A program made the translations under genes and the position numbers. Below are positions 1-9,587 of a DNA stretch of 64,000 bases, piece by piece. Every line of letters begins with the position of its first letter. Position 1 is the stretch's first letter. Under the pieces are notes generated by a model that worked only from the letters and a program-made list of their open reading frames with translations, was not told the DNA's origin and made no database searches. Source of the stretch: an uncultured Alphaproteobacteria bacterium (GTDB lineage Bacteria > Pseudomonadota > Alphaproteobacteria > Rhodobacterales > Rhodobacteraceae); contig CAWGJU010000018.1 in the NCBI GenBank assembly GCA_963822985.1, forward strand, positions 48,394 through 112,393, given 5' to 3'.

Positions 1-691
1 CCGAGACGTTGATGCGCACGCCCTGCCGGCCGTCGAGATGGCCGATCGCGGCGGCGATGCGGCTGATATAGGCACCGAGCGGAACCTCGTCGTTGGCGGC
101 GGTGGAGACGCCGCCCGTGCTCAGTTCCTGATAGAGGAGTTGCAGCGCTTCGACCCGGCGGGCCAGCATGTCGTAGTCGGCCGCGGCGCCCTCGGCGCCG
201 GCCTGCAGACGGATCAGGCCGACGACCATCGCCAGGTGGTTCTTCACCCTGTGCTGGATCTCGGCCAACTGCGCCAGCAGGTCGGCCTGGACATCCTCGT
301 TGGTCAGGTCACGCTGGATGCCGAGAAAGAGGACGACCGTTCCAGCATCGTCCCGGATCGGCGCAATCGATACCTGGTTGCGGAAGGGCGTGCCGTCGGC
401 GCGATAGTTCGTGATTTCGACCGAGACGTCCTCGCCCGCCGCAATGGCGCGGCGCATCTCGTCGACGCGGTCGGGCTCGGTCGCCTCGCCCTGCAGAAAG
501 CGGCAGTTCCGGCCGATGACGTCGCGCCGGCGATAACCGCTCAGTTCCTCGAAGGCCTCGTTGGCGAAGATCAGCGGATTGTCGTCCAGGCCGGGGTTGC
601 TGAGCGTCAGCGCCAGAGGCAGCCGCGCCAGCGCGGCGGTCGGCACGCTGTCGGGCTCGATCGCCTCGGCCAGTTGCTTCACGTCTTTCAT
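1..691 (-). CDS. LOV-domain (blue-light) sensor histidine kinase, HisKA_2/HWE-type; 3' part runs off the left edge
   Basis: Missing from the ORF track because there is no in-window stop. Manual minus-strand translation from ATG at 691 (RBS GGGAGG): MKDVKQLAEAIEPD...DNPLIFANEAFEELSGYRRRDVIGRNCRFLQGEATEP...ITNYRADGTPFRNQVSIAPIRD...FLGIQRD...AEIQHRVKNHLAMV. GRNCRFLQG is the LOV signature; HRVKN is the HisKA_2-type phospho-His box. Confidence 0.9.
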   Translation of the reverse strand, partial: MKDVKQLAEAIEPDSVPTAALARLPLALTLSNPGLDDNPLIFANEAFEELSGYRRRDVIGRNCRFLQGEATEPDRVDEMRRAIAAGEDVSVEITNYRADGTPFRNQVSIAPIRDDAGTVVLFLGIQRDLTNEDVQADLLAQLAEIQHRVKNHLAMVVGLIRLQAGAEGAAADYDMLARRVEALQLLYQELSTGGVSTAANDEVPLGAYISRIAAAIGHLDGRQGVRINVS

Positions 692-743
692 GTCGGCGTC
701 CTCCCGCCCCGCCCCGCTGTCCCGGCCAGAGTCGCCCGAGAGC

Positions 744-1442
744 CTATGCGGCCTTGCGCACCGTGCGCTGCTCGATGCGCTTCTCGTGGCTCCCCTTGAT
801 GACACGCTGCACGAAGATGCCGGGCGTGTGGATCAGGTCGGGATCGAGCTCTCCCGTCGGCACCAGCTCCTCGACCTCGGCCACCGTGACCTTGCCGCAG
901 CTGGCGCAGAGCGGGTTGAAGTTCCGCGCGGTCTTTCGGTAAATCAAATTGCCTTGGTGGTCGCCCTTCCAGGCCTTGACGATGCCGAGATCGGCGCGGA
1001 TCGCCCGCTCGAGGATATAGGTCTCGCCGTCGAACTCCTTGTGCTCCTTGCCCTCGGCGATCTGCGTGCCGACGCCCGTCTTGGTGTAGAAGCCCGGGAT
1101 GCCGGCGCCGCCGGCGCGCATCCGCTCGGCCAGCGTGCCCTGCGGGTTGAACTCGATCTCGAGCTCGCCCGAGAGGTATTGCTGCATGAAGAGGTCGTTC
1201 TCGCCGACATAGGACGAGATCATCTTGCGCACCTGCTTGCCCTGCAGCAGCAGGCCGAGGCCGAAATCGTCGACGCCGGCGTTGTTCGAGGCGACGGTCA
1301 GCTCCTTGACGCCGGAATCGCGGATCGCGGCGATGAAGTTCTCGGGGATCCCGCAAAGGCCGAAACCGCCGGCGGCGATGCTCATCCCGTCGAAAAGCAA
1401 TCCATCCAGCGCCTCGGCCGCCGTGGCGTAGACCTTTTCCAT
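744..1442 (-). CDS. scoA: 3-oxoacid CoA-transferase subunit A (ScoA/PcaI family)
   Basis: MEKVYATAAEAL...AAGGFGLCGIPENFI...SNNAGVDDFGLG...NPQGTLAERMRAGGAGIPGFYT; start placed at ATG 1442 with a GGAGG RBS. Confidence 0.9.
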   Translation of the reverse strand: MEKVYATAAEALDGLLFDGMSIAAGGFGLCGIPENFIAAIRDSGVKELTVASNNAGVDDFGLGLLLQGKQVRKMISSYVGENDLFMQQYLSGELEIEFNPQGTLAERMRAGGAGIPGFYTKTGVGTQIAEGKEHKEFDGETYILERAIRADLGIVKAWKGDHQGNLIYRKTARNFNPLCASCGKVTVAEVEELVPTGELDPDLIHTPGIFVQRVIKGSHEKRIEQRTVRKAA

Positions 1443-1483
1443 AGAACCCCCTCCGCCGACGGAAACGTGCAACGCAAGGGCGC

Positions 1484-1512
1484 TTTATAGGTCTGGCCGC
1501 GCCGCCCCTCAA
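1484..1512 (-). promoter_or_regulatory. Putative sigma70 promoter for scoA
   Basis: Minus strand reads TTGAGG-N17-TATAAA, about 40 nt upstream of the ATG. Confidence 0.5.
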
Positions 1513-1540
1513 GCGCGGATTTGTTGCAGGCGCGTAAGGC

Positions 1541-1897
1541 TCAGCCGCAGGCGGTGTTCTCGCCGCGCCAGCCCGTCGCCGTCTGGCGCATCGTGTCGCG
1601 CACGGCGATGCCCCCGGCGCGGACCATCACCTCGACGCGGCCGGGCCCCAGCGCCGTCCACTCCCCCGAGACGTCATGGCCGGCATAGCGGCCGGACAGC
1701 GTGCCATCCGGCGCGAAGACCAGCATCGAATCCGGGAAATCCTGCGCGCAGCGCAGCGTCGCCCCGGCGATGGGCGAGTTCGTGTTTCGCTGCCCAAAAA
1801 GGCCATCGTCCTGCGGCGAGCTGGCCGTGGGCGTGCATGACGAGACGGCCGCGGCGGCGAGGCTGGCGACGAGCGCCAGGAGGACAGTTCGGATCAT
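1541..1897 (-). CDS. Small exported/lipoprotein-like hypothetical protein
   Basis: MIRTVLLALVASLAAAAVSSC: hydrophobic leader ending in a lipobox-like Cys. Confidence 0.55.
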   Translation of the reverse strand: MIRTVLLALVASLAAAAVSSCTPTASSPQDDGLFGQRNTNSPIAGATLRCAQDFPDSMLVFAPDGTLSGRYAGHDVSGEWTALGPGRVEVMVRAGGIAVRDTMRQTATGWRGENTACG

Positions 1898-1964
1898 AGG
1901 TTCTCCGGGCCGAGCAGCGCTCAGACTCGCACGGGTCGGGACGGAACTCAACGGGTGAGACGGG

Positions 1965-2651
1965 CTAGCTTTGGAGACGGGCGAGCAGCGCCGCGAGGCG
2001 GGCGTTGACCTCCGAAGGGCGTTCAAGCGTCGCGATATGGCCGCAGCCGGGGATCTCGGTCAGCTCGGCCGCCGGCAGCGCCGCAGCGATCGGGGCGTGC
2101 AGCTTCGGCGGGCAAACGCGGTCCTCGGCGCCGACGAGGATCTCGACCGGGCCGGCGAAGCCCGCGATCAGGGGCAGCATGTCGCGGCGCGTGTCGAGGG
2201 AGCGCGCCTGTGCGCGGGCGACGGGTTCGGGTGTTCTCAGCATGGCGGCCCGCGTCTCCGGGCCGAGGCGCGCCGCAACCTGCGGATCGTGCAGGTAGAA
2301 GCGGCCGACGAAGGTTTCGACGTATTCGCCCAGGCTGCGGTCGAGCAGCTCGTTGCGCCATTCGATCTCGCGCTCGCGGGCGGATGTCGGGTCGGTGTCC
2401 ATCAGGCAGGCGCCGAGCAGGCGATCGGGTGCGCGCGCCATCACCTCCATCGCGACCATGCCGCCCATCGAGAGCCCGGCGACGACGAACCGCTCGGGCG
2501 CCTGGCCGAGCAGCCGGTCGGCCATGGCGCCGACCGTGTCGTCCGCCGTCGTGTCGGCGAGCCTGACGTCGTGCTCCGCCAGCCCCGCGAATTGCGGCGC
2601 GTAGAGCGCGGCATCGCAGAGATGCCCCGGCACAAGCACGATCGCGACCAT
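1965..2651 (-). CDS. Alpha/beta hydrolase
   Basis: VLVPGHLCD, nucleophile elbow GLSMGG, VGAEDRVCP and CGHIATLE catalytic Asp/His segments. Confidence 0.85.
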   Translation of the reverse strand: MVAIVLVPGHLCDAALYAPQFAGLAEHDVRLADTTADDTVGAMADRLLGQAPERFVVAGLSMGGMVAMEVMARAPDRLLGACLMDTDPTSAREREIEWRNELLDRSLGEYVETFVGRFYLHDPQVAARLGPETRAAMLRTPEPVARAQARSLDTRRDMLPLIAGFAGPVEILVGAEDRVCPPKLHAPIAAALPAAELTEIPGCGHIATLERPSEVNARLAALLARLQS

Positions 2652-2761
2652 CTCTCCCCCATCTCTCTTCCTGCCTGCATTGCCGCGCCCAGAATGGCAG
2701 GGCGGGCGGCCGACGCGCAACCCGCGTGCCGGCGGCGTGCCGGCGGGCTATATGCCGTGCC

Positions 2762-5224
2762 ATGCATCTTCCCGAGCCATTCGGCGGCTGGTTTGCCGCG
2801 CGCGGCTGGACGCCGCATCCGCACCAGCTGGCGCTGTTGCGCGAGCGGGCGCCCGCCGTCTTGCTGATCGCCCCGACCGGGGCGGGCAAGACGCTGGCCG
2901 GCTTCCTGCCATCGCTGGTCGAGTTGGCGGCGCGCTTGGGCGAGGGTCGCCCTGCGGGCCGAGGCCGGGCCGGCGGGCTCCACACGCTCTATGTCTCGCC
3001 CCTGAAGGCGCTGGCCGCCGATATCGGCCGCAACCTGCGCGCGCCGGTCGCCGAGATGGAGCTACCGATCCGCATCGAGGATCGGACGGGCGACACCTCG
3101 TCTGGTGCCAAGGCCCGCCAGCGCGCCGAGCCCCCCGACATCCTGCTCACCACGCCCGAGAGCCTGGCGCTGCTGCTGTCGCAGCCCGATGCGGGGCGCA
3201 TCTTCGCCGGGCTGTCCCGGATCGTGCTCGACGAGATACACGCGCTGGCCGGCGGCAAGCGCGGCGACCAGCTTTCGCTCTGCCTCGCTAGGCTGGGCTC
3301 GCTCGCGCCGGGACATCGGCTGACGGCGCTGTCGGCGACGGTCGAGAACCCCGGCGAGATCGCCGAATGGCTGGCGCCCGGCTGCCGCATCCACTTCGCC
3401 GATCCGGGGCCACCGGCCGAGGTCGGCATCCTGAACGCCGCCGGCACGCCGCCCTGGGCGGGCATGGGCGGTCGCTATGCCGCAGCCGCCGTGATGGCGC
3501 AGATCCGCGCGAACCGGACGACGATCGTATTCATCAACACGCGGGCGCAGGCCGAGCTGTTCTTCCAGGCGCTCTGGGCCGAGAACGACGAGAACCTGCC
3601 CATCGGCCTGCACCACGGCTCGCTCGGCCGCGAGGCGCGGAGCCGGGTCGAGGCGGCGATGGCGGCGGGCGAGCTGCGCGCCGTGGTGGCGACGGGCTCG
3701 CTGGACCTGGGCCTCGACTGGGGCGATGTCGCCCTGGTGATCCAGGTCGGCGCGCCCAAGAACGTCAAGCGCCTGGTCCAGCGAATCGGCCGGGCGAACC
3801 ACACCTACCACGCGCCCTCGCGCGCGCTCCTGGTGCCGGCGAACCGCTTCGAGGTGCTCGAGTGCCACGCGGCGCTCGACGCGGTGGCCGAGGGCGCGCT
3901 CGACGGCGAGCCGCTGCCGCCGGGGGGGCTGGACGTGCTCTGCCAGCACCTGTCGCTGGTCGCCTGCGCGGGGGATTTCGACGCCGATGAGCTCTATGCC
4001 GAGCTGCGGCGGGCCGGCGCCTACCGGATGCTGACGCGGGCGGATTTCGACGCCTGCCTCGAGTTCTGCGCGACCGGCGGCTATGCGCTGCGCGCCTATG
4101 AGCGCTGGCACCGGCTGGTGCGGCGGCCGGACGGGCGCTGGGGCCTGCGCGACCTGCGCGTGGCGCGGCGGCTGCGCATGAACGTCGGCACCATCGTCGC
4201 GCCCGACTACATGAAGGTGCGCATGGGGCGGGGCGGCGTCAGTGGCCGGGGCATAGGCAGTGGCGGCGCCTATCTCGGCGAGATCGAGGAGGAGTTCGTG
4301 GCGACGCTGACGCCCGGCGACTCGTTCCTCTTCGGCGGCCAGGTCGTGCGTTACGAGCGGACGCACGAGATGACCGTGCAGGTCAGCCCCTCGCCCTCGC
4401 GCGAGCCGAAAATCGCCGTCTATTACGGCACGAAGCTGGCCACCTCGACGCTGCTCTCGCACCGGATGGTCGAGCTGATGGCGTCGCCCAAGCGCTGGCC
4501 CGCCCTGCCGGCGCCCGTGCGGGAGTGGCTGGAGCTGCAGGAGCACTATGCCCGGCTGCCCAGACCTGGGCGGCTGCTGGTCGAGACCTTTCCCCGCGCC
4601 GGCCGGCATTTCTGCGCGATCTACGCCTTCGCCGGCAAGAACGCCAACCAGACGCTGGGCCTGCTGGTCAGCCAGCGGATGGAGGAGGCGGGGCTTGCGC
4701 CGCAAGGCTTTGTCACCAACGATTACGCGCTGCTGCTCTGGGGATTGCGCGAGGTCGCGGACCCGGTCCCGCTGCTTTCGGCCGAGGGGCTGACACGGGG
4801 CTTCGAGGACTGGCTCGCCGGCAACACGGTGATGAAGCGCACCTTTCGTAACGTCGCCATCGTCGCCGGGCTGATCGAGCGCAACGTCATCGGGCGTGGG
4901 CGGCGGACGGGGCGCCAGACGAGCTTTTCCTCCGACATTCTCTACGACACGCTGCGCCGCTTCGACCCGGACCATCTGCTGCTGCGCATCACGCGGGACG
5001 AGGCGCTGCGCGGCCTGGTCGACTTCGGCCGGATCGAGGAGATGCTGGCGCGCGTCGAGGGGCGCATCGACCTGACGCGGGCGAGCCGGGTCACGCCGCT
5101 GGCGGCGCCGATGCTGCTCGAGATGGGGCGGGTGCCGCTGCGCGGCGGCTCGGCCGAGGATTTGGTGCTGGCCGACCAGGCGGCGCTGATGGCCGAGCTT
5201 GTCCCCGAGTTCGCGGACGGGTGA
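2762..5224 (+). CDS. Ligase-associated DNA damage response DEXH-box helicase (Lhr family)
   Basis: Walker A APTGAGKT, SPLKAL, DEIH, HHGSL, SLDLGLDWG, QRIGR; about 820 aa. Confidence 0.9.
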   Translation: MHLPEPFGGWFAARGWTPHPHQLALLRERAPAVLLIAPTGAGKTLAGFLPSLVELAARLGEGRPAGRGRAGGLHTLYVSPLKALAADIGRNLRAPVAEMELPIRIEDRTGDTSSGAKARQRAEPPDILLTTPESLALLLSQPDAGRIFAGLSRIVLDEIHALAGGKRGDQLSLCLARLGSLAPGHRLTALSATVENPGEIAEWLAPGCRIHFADPGPPAEVGILNAAGTPPWAGMGGRYAAAAVMAQIRANRTTIVFINTRAQAELFFQALWAENDENLPIGLHHGSLGREARSRVEAAMAAGELRAVVATGSLDLGLDWGDVALVIQVGAPKNVKRLVQRIGRANHTYHAPSRALLVPANRFEVLECHAALDAVAEGALDGEPLPPGGLDVLCQHLSLVACAGDFDADELYAELRRAGAYRMLTRADFDACLEFCATGGYALRAYERWHRLVRRPDGRWGLRDLRVARRLRMNVGTIVAPDYMKVRMGRGGVSGRGIGSGGAYLGEIEEEFVATLTPGDSFLFGGQVVRYERTHEMTVQVSPSPSREPKIAVYYGTKLATSTLLSHRMVELMASPKRWPALPAPVREWLELQEHYARLPRPGRLLVETFPRAGRHFCAIYAFAGKNANQTLGLLVSQRMEEAGLAPQGFVTNDYALLLWGLREVADPVPLLSAEGLTRGFEDWLAGNTVMKRTFRNVAIVAGLIERNVIGRGRRTGRQTSFSSDILYDTLRRFDPDHLLLRITRDEALRGLVDFGRIEEMLARVEGRIDLTRASRVTPLAAPMLLEMGRVPLRGGSAEDLVLADQAALMAELVPEFADG

Positions 5225-5290
5225 CAATTCGAGCGGCGGCGACCGCTTTCATCCTTCCTTGACGCGGATCGGCGATCCGGCGAGCCCGCA

Positions 5291-5319
5291 TTGCCGCGCG
5301 GGTCAACCACTGGTATAGG
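5291..5319 (+). promoter_or_regulatory. Putative sigma70 promoter for ahcY
   Basis: TTGCCG-N17-TATAGG about 55 nt upstream of the ahcY ATG. Confidence 0.45.
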
Positions 5320-5373
5320 CGCGCGCAAACCGGCGGGATGGCCCGTCAGCATGAGATCAGCCGAGGACCACGC

Positions 5374-6777
5374 ATGAAGGACGCCGCGCACGACTACGCC
5401 GTCAGGAACATCGAGCTCGCCGATTACGGTCGCAAGGAGATTGCGATCGCCGAAACCGAGATGCCGGGGCTGATGGCCTGCCGCGAGGAGTTCGGCGCGA
5501 CGCAGCCGCTGAAGGGCGCGCGGATCGCCGGGTCCTTGCACATGACGATCCAGACTGCGGTGCTGATCGAGACGCTGGTGGCGCTGGGCGCCGAGGTGCG
5601 CTGGGCGTCGTGCAACATCTTTTCCACCCAGGACCATGCGGCGTCGGCGATCGCGGCCGCCGGCGTGCCGGTCTTTGCCCACAAGGGCGAGACGCTGAAG
5701 GAATACTGGGACTTTGCCGACCGGATCTTCCACTTTCCGGAAGGGCCGGCGAACATGATCCTCGACGATGGCGGCGACGCGACCCTCTACATCCTGATGG
5801 GCGCCCGCGTCGAGGAAGGCGAGACGGCGCTGATCGCGGACCCGCAATCCGAGGAGGAGGAATACCTCTTCGCCCAGATCCGCAAGCGCATGGCCGACTC
5901 TCCCGGTTGGTTCGTGAAGCAGCGCAAGGCGATCCGCGGCGTCTCCGAGGAGACGACGACGGGCGTCCACCGGCTTTACAAGATGATGGAGAAGGGGCAC
6001 CTGCCCTTCCCGGCGATCAACGTCAACGACAGCGTCACCAAGTCGAAGTTCGACAACAAGTACGGCTGCAAGGAGTCGCTCGTCGACGGCATCCGGCGCG
6101 CCACCGACACGATGATGGCCGGCAAGGTCGCCGTGGTCTGCGGCTATGGCGATGTCGGCAAGGGCTCGGCCGCCTCGCTTCGCGGCGCCGGCGCGCGCGT
6201 GAAGGTGACCGAGGTCGACCCGATCTGCGCGCTGCAGGCGGCGATGGACGGCTTCGAGGTGCTGACGCTGGAGGACGCGGTCAAGACGGCAGACATCTTC
6301 ATCACGGCGACCGGCAACAAGGACGTCATCCGCATCGACCACATGCGCGAGATGAAGGACATGGCGATCGTCGGCAACATCGGCCACTTCGACAACGAGA
6401 TCCAGATCGCCGCGCTGAAGAACCACAAGTGGACGAGCATCAAGGACCAGGTCGACATGGTCGAGATGCCGTCCGGCAACCGGATCATCCTGCTGTCCGA
6501 GGGGCGGCTCCTCAATCTCGGCAACGCGACGGGGCACCCCAGCTTCGTCATGTCGGCGAGCTTCACCAACCAGGTGCTGGCGCAGGTCGAGCTGTGGACC
6601 AAGGGGGAGCAGTACGAGGACAAGGTCTACGTGCTGCCCAAGCACCTGGACGAGAAGGTGGCCCGGCTGCATCTCGGCCGGATCGGCGCGCGCCTGACCG
6701 AGCTGAGCGCGGACCAGGCCGACTATATCGGCGTGACGCCGCAGGGGCCGTTCAAGACGGACGCCTACCGGTATTGA
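5374..6777 (+). CDS. ahcY: Adenosylhomocysteinase (SAH hydrolase)
   Basis: [65 protein letters not shown]. Confidence 0.97.
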   Translation: MKDAAHDYAVRNIELADYGRKEIAIAETEMPGLMACREEFGATQPLKGARIAGSLHMTIQTAVLIETLVALGAEVRWASCNIFSTQDHAASAIAAAGVPVFAHKGETLKEYWDFADRIFHFPEGPANMILDDGGDATLYILMGARVEEGETALIADPQSEEEEYLFAQIRKRMADSPGWFVKQRKAIRGVSEETTTGVHRLYKMMEKGHLPFPAINVNDSVTKSKFDNKYGCKESLVDGIRRATDTMMAGKVAVVCGYGDVGKGSAASLRGAGARVKVTEVDPICALQAAMDGFEVLTLEDAVKTADIFITATGNKDVIRIDHMREMKDMAIVGNIGHFDNEIQIAALKNHKWTSIKDQVDMVEMPSGNRIILLSEGRLLNLGNATGHPSFVMSASFTNQVLAQVELWTKGEQYEDKVYVLPKHLDEKVARLHLGRIGARLTELSADQADYIGVTPQGPFKTDAYRY

Positions 6778-6779
6778 GC

Positions 6780-6808
6780 GAAGGGGTGGGTGCGAGCACC
6801 CACCCTTC
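6780..6808. terminator. Hairpin (terminator or REP-like) between convergent genes
   Basis: GAAGGGGTGGGTGC-GA-GCACCCACCCTTC inverted repeat directly after the ahcY stop. Confidence 0.6.
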
Positions 6809-6829
6809 GGCCTCTGACCTGAGTGTTGT

Positions 6830-7045
6830 CGGTTCGCCCGTCGGCGGCGCTGGAAGGTTGCGAGCAGGCTGAGGTCGTCGATGTGGTCGTGGCCGGCGCC
6901 GTATTTAGGCGAAGCGCACGGGCGTGATGGCGCCGTCAGCGACCAGGTTGGCGAAGGCCGCGCCGAAGCCGAAGCCGTCGAAGGCCTCGGGTTTGATCGA
7001 AAGCAGGAAGTGCGCGCCCGGCCGCGCCACGCGCACCAGATGCCG
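6830..7045 (-). pseudogene. Frameshifted remnant paralogous to the 3' end of the adjacent methyltransferase gene
   Basis: Translates RHLVRVARPGAHFLLSIKPEAFDGFGFGAAFANLVADGAITPVRFA* and, in another frame, YGAGHDHIDDLSLLATFQRRR. The neighbour reads ELMRVARPRALFVLSIKPEVFDEAGFGSAFASLVAERAITPVDF...YENASHDHAEDTTLLALFRRT. Confidence 0.75.
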
Positions 7046-7077
7046 GCCCCTGTCACCCTCGGTATGTCCGAGCCGGT

Positions 7078-7722
7078 TCAGGTCCGGCGGAAGAGGGCCA
7101 GCAGCGTCGTGTCCTCGGCGTGGTCGTGGCTGGCGTTCTCGTAGATGCGCGTCCGGCGGAAATCGACGGGCGTGATCGCGCGCTCCGCGACCAGGGACGC
7201 GAAGGCCGAGCCGAAGCCCGCCTCGTCGAAGACCTCGGGCTTGATCGACAGCACGAAGAGCGCCCGCGGGCGGGCGACGCGCATCAGCTCGGGCAGGCAG
7301 ACGGGGCCGACATGGCCGTGCGTGAAGGTGCCGGACGAGACCAGACCGTCATAGCTGGCGTCGTCGACCGGCAGCTTCTGCGTCAGGTCGGCGACCATGC
7401 GGCGCCGGTAGAGGCCCTTGGCGGCGGCGACGTCGAGCATCTCGCGGCTTATGTCGATGCCGTCGACCGTCAGCTCGCGCAGGTGCTCGGCCACCTGTCC
7501 CGTTCCGGCGCCGACGTCGAGCACCGGCCCCGGCGCGGCGCCGGCCTCGGCCAGAAAGGCGCGGGCCGCCTCGTGCGCGGCGACATAGCCATGCGAGCGG
7601 ACGAAGGTCTCGTCATAGCTCTCGGCCCAGTCGCGATAGAGCTGCGCCAAATCAGCGGGCGTCCGCAGTGCATAGGCGCGCGCCAGATGCTCGCTCCTGT
7701 GCTCGCTCTCGGGCCCGCTCAT
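7078..7722 (-). CDS. Class I SAM-dependent methyltransferase
   Basis: LYRDWAESYD, motif I VLDVGAGTG, GIDISREML, SSGTFTHGHVGP; ATGA overlap with the upstream DUF1330 gene. Confidence 0.85.
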   Translation of the reverse strand: MSGPESEHRSEHLARAYALRTPADLAQLYRDWAESYDETFVRSHGYVAAHEAARAFLAEAGAAPGPVLDVGAGTGQVAEHLRELTVDGIDISREMLDVAAAKGLYRRRMVADLTQKLPVDDASYDGLVSSGTFTHGHVGPVCLPELMRVARPRALFVLSIKPEVFDEAGFGSAFASLVAERAITPVDFRRTRIYENASHDHAEDTTLLALFRRT

Positions 7723-8012
7723 CCGTCGAAGCCGTCCGCGATCAGCATGACGCCCTGCGAATTGGCCCGCCGGATGGCGAGGATCCTCTGGTAGTCGGCC
7801 GAATTGTACCAGGCCTCGGCCGAGGCGCGGTCGGGAAAGCGGATGACGACGTGACGGCCATGCGGCATGTCGCCCTCGACGACCGTGGTTTCGCCGCCGC
7901 GCACGAGGAACTCGCCGCCAAAGGGCTCGAGGCTCGCCGGCACCTGGCAGGCATAATCCGGATAGCCCTGCGGATTGCTGACGTTCACATGGGCAATGAC
8001 ATAGGCACTCAT
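7719..8012 (-). CDS. DUF1330 domain protein
   Basis: MSAYVIAHVNV...PFGGEFLVRGG...VVIRFPDRASAEAWYNSADYQ. Confidence 0.85.
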   Translation of the reverse strand: MSAYVIAHVNVSNPQGYPDYACQVPASLEPFGGEFLVRGGETTVVEGDMPHGRHVVIRFPDRASAEAWYNSADYQRILAIRRANSQGVMLIADGFDG

Positions 8013-8096
8013 TCCCGCGGCTCCTCCCGATCCGATGATGCAAGGATGCTGTCACCGAAGTGGCCGGAAGTCACGCGCGGCGTCCGAGCGGCGGCC

Positions 8097-9227
8097 TCAG
8101 ACGACGTCCATGTCGCCCCAGGCGAACTGCCACGGCCCCGCGATCTCCGCCATCGGCGTGTCGAGCGGGAGACCGACAAGCGTGAACGGCTTGGGGTCGA
8201 ACCGCTGCGGGACGGCGAGGAAGCCCGCTTGGGCGAGCGCGCGGGCCAAGGGCGAACCGGGCTGCGCCTCGGCGGCGGCGAGCCGGTCGCCCTCGCCGGC
8301 GGCGCGTCGCAGCGCCGCCGAGACGAGCGCGCGCGCGGCCGGCAGCGCGGCGGGGTCAATCACGGCGTCGACGATCAGGACGGCGGGCACGCCCTCGAGA
8401 TCGCGCCTGGTGGTGACGATCAGCGCGGACAGGGCGCCATCGGCCTGCCAGCCGAGGAGCTCGTAGCGCCGGAACGGATGCTGCTCGTACCGCCAGCCCA
8501 GTGCCGCGGCGTCGCGGACGATGCTCGCCGGCCTGTCGTCGCGGCGGCGCTGCCAGAGCGCGTCGATGGAATCCGCGTCGGCCCCTGTCGCGAGCGCACG
8601 GACCTCGCCCCGCGGGCGTCGCCGAAAGGCGGCGGCGAGGTCGAGGGCCGTCCCGCCGAGCGCCAGGCCCAGCCGCTTGGCAAGCCCGTCCGTGGCGCCG
8701 TCCTGTGGGCCACCGCGCGAGCCATCGCGCCAAACGCCGCGCAGCGGCCGGACCATCAGGCGGGGACGCAGGATGTCGCGCCAGCCGATGCGGTCGGAGG
8801 TGACGATCCGATAGGAATTCTGGTTCGGAAAGCCGATGCCGAAGACGAAATCTTCGGCGCGCGCCAGCTTTTCCCAGGCTTGCGCGAGGCGGAGCGCATA
8901 GCGGGCCGACGCCGCCGGGCCGATCTCGCGGTCGACCATGTAGTCCAGGCAGTGGGCGACGGCGATGTCCCGCCGGTGAAAGCGAACGCGCCTGGCGCAC
9001 AGGCCCATAAAGCCGAGCACGCGCTCGCCGCGGCGCAGCACGACGCCGCCGCCAGTGCCCGCTGGATTGGCCTCGCCGAACAGCCAGGAGAAGAAGGCCG
9101 GCGAGGTGTGCGGATGTTCCGCGCCCCACACGCCCGCGCGCAGCGCGAGCAGCCCGTCCTCGAGCGTCCCCGGGCGCCAGACCTCCGACACCGCCGCGCC
9201 CGCTCGCTGATCGCTCTCGACGGTCAT
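8097..9227 (-). CDS. GNAT-family (tandem-domain) N-acetyltransferase-like protein
   Basis: 376 aa; FFSWLFGEANP, FGIGFPNQNS, LGWRYEQHP and C-terminal WQFAWGDMDVV resemble two-domain GNATs. Confidence 0.6.
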   Translation of the reverse strand: MTVESDQRAGAAVSEVWRPGTLEDGLLALRAGVWGAEHPHTSPAFFSWLFGEANPAGTGGGVVLRRGERVLGFMGLCARRVRFHRRDIAVAHCLDYMVDREIGPAASARYALRLAQAWEKLARAEDFVFGIGFPNQNSYRIVTSDRIGWRDILRPRLMVRPLRGVWRDGSRGGPQDGATDGLAKRLGLALGGTALDLAAAFRRRPRGEVRALATGADADSIDALWQRRRDDRPASIVRDAAALGWRYEQHPFRRYELLGWQADGALSALIVTTRRDLEGVPAVLIVDAVIDPAALPAARALVSAALRRAAGEGDRLAAAEAQPGSPLARALAQAGFLAVPQRFDPKPFTLVGLPLDTPMAEIAGPWQFAWGDMDVV

Positions 9228-9587
9228 CCGATATCAGCACCCAAAGGCAGCGGCCCGTCACGCCCCGGCCAGGCTGGCTCGACCGGGGCATTCCCCAGAG
9301 CACCGGGAGATCGCGCGGTCAAGCCGGGCGATGAAGATGGGTTCTTGGCAATGGGCGCTGGGATGAGGGTGCCTATCGGTCGAACTTCCGGCAAAGGCGT
9401 CGCTGTATCGGGTGATGCAGGGACACTAACGGAGCGTTTACAGAGCGATGCCTGCGGCCGGGCTGCGCCGGTCGTCAGCCCCGCGAAAGTGCCGGTCACG
9501 TCCGTGAGAGCGCAGGGGTTCGCGTGCAACCGAGACGCGCTACACATGGTAAGGAGGTTCGGACGTCGTCAAAGGAGGAACCGAGCC

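Noticed and set aside
38-799. 253-aa plus-strand ORF
   Set aside because: Antisense shadow of the LOV kinase; no recognisable motifs.
5225-5373. SAH riboswitch upstream of ahcY
   Set aside because: I could not find the conserved GAGGAGCG...CAGGCUC pattern; a covariance-model search would be decisive.
3062-7056. Long minus-strand ORFs 3062-5227 and 4942-7056
   Set aside because: Shadows of the helicase and ahcY, typical of high-GC DNA. Only the first ~60 codons of the second overlap the MTase remnant.
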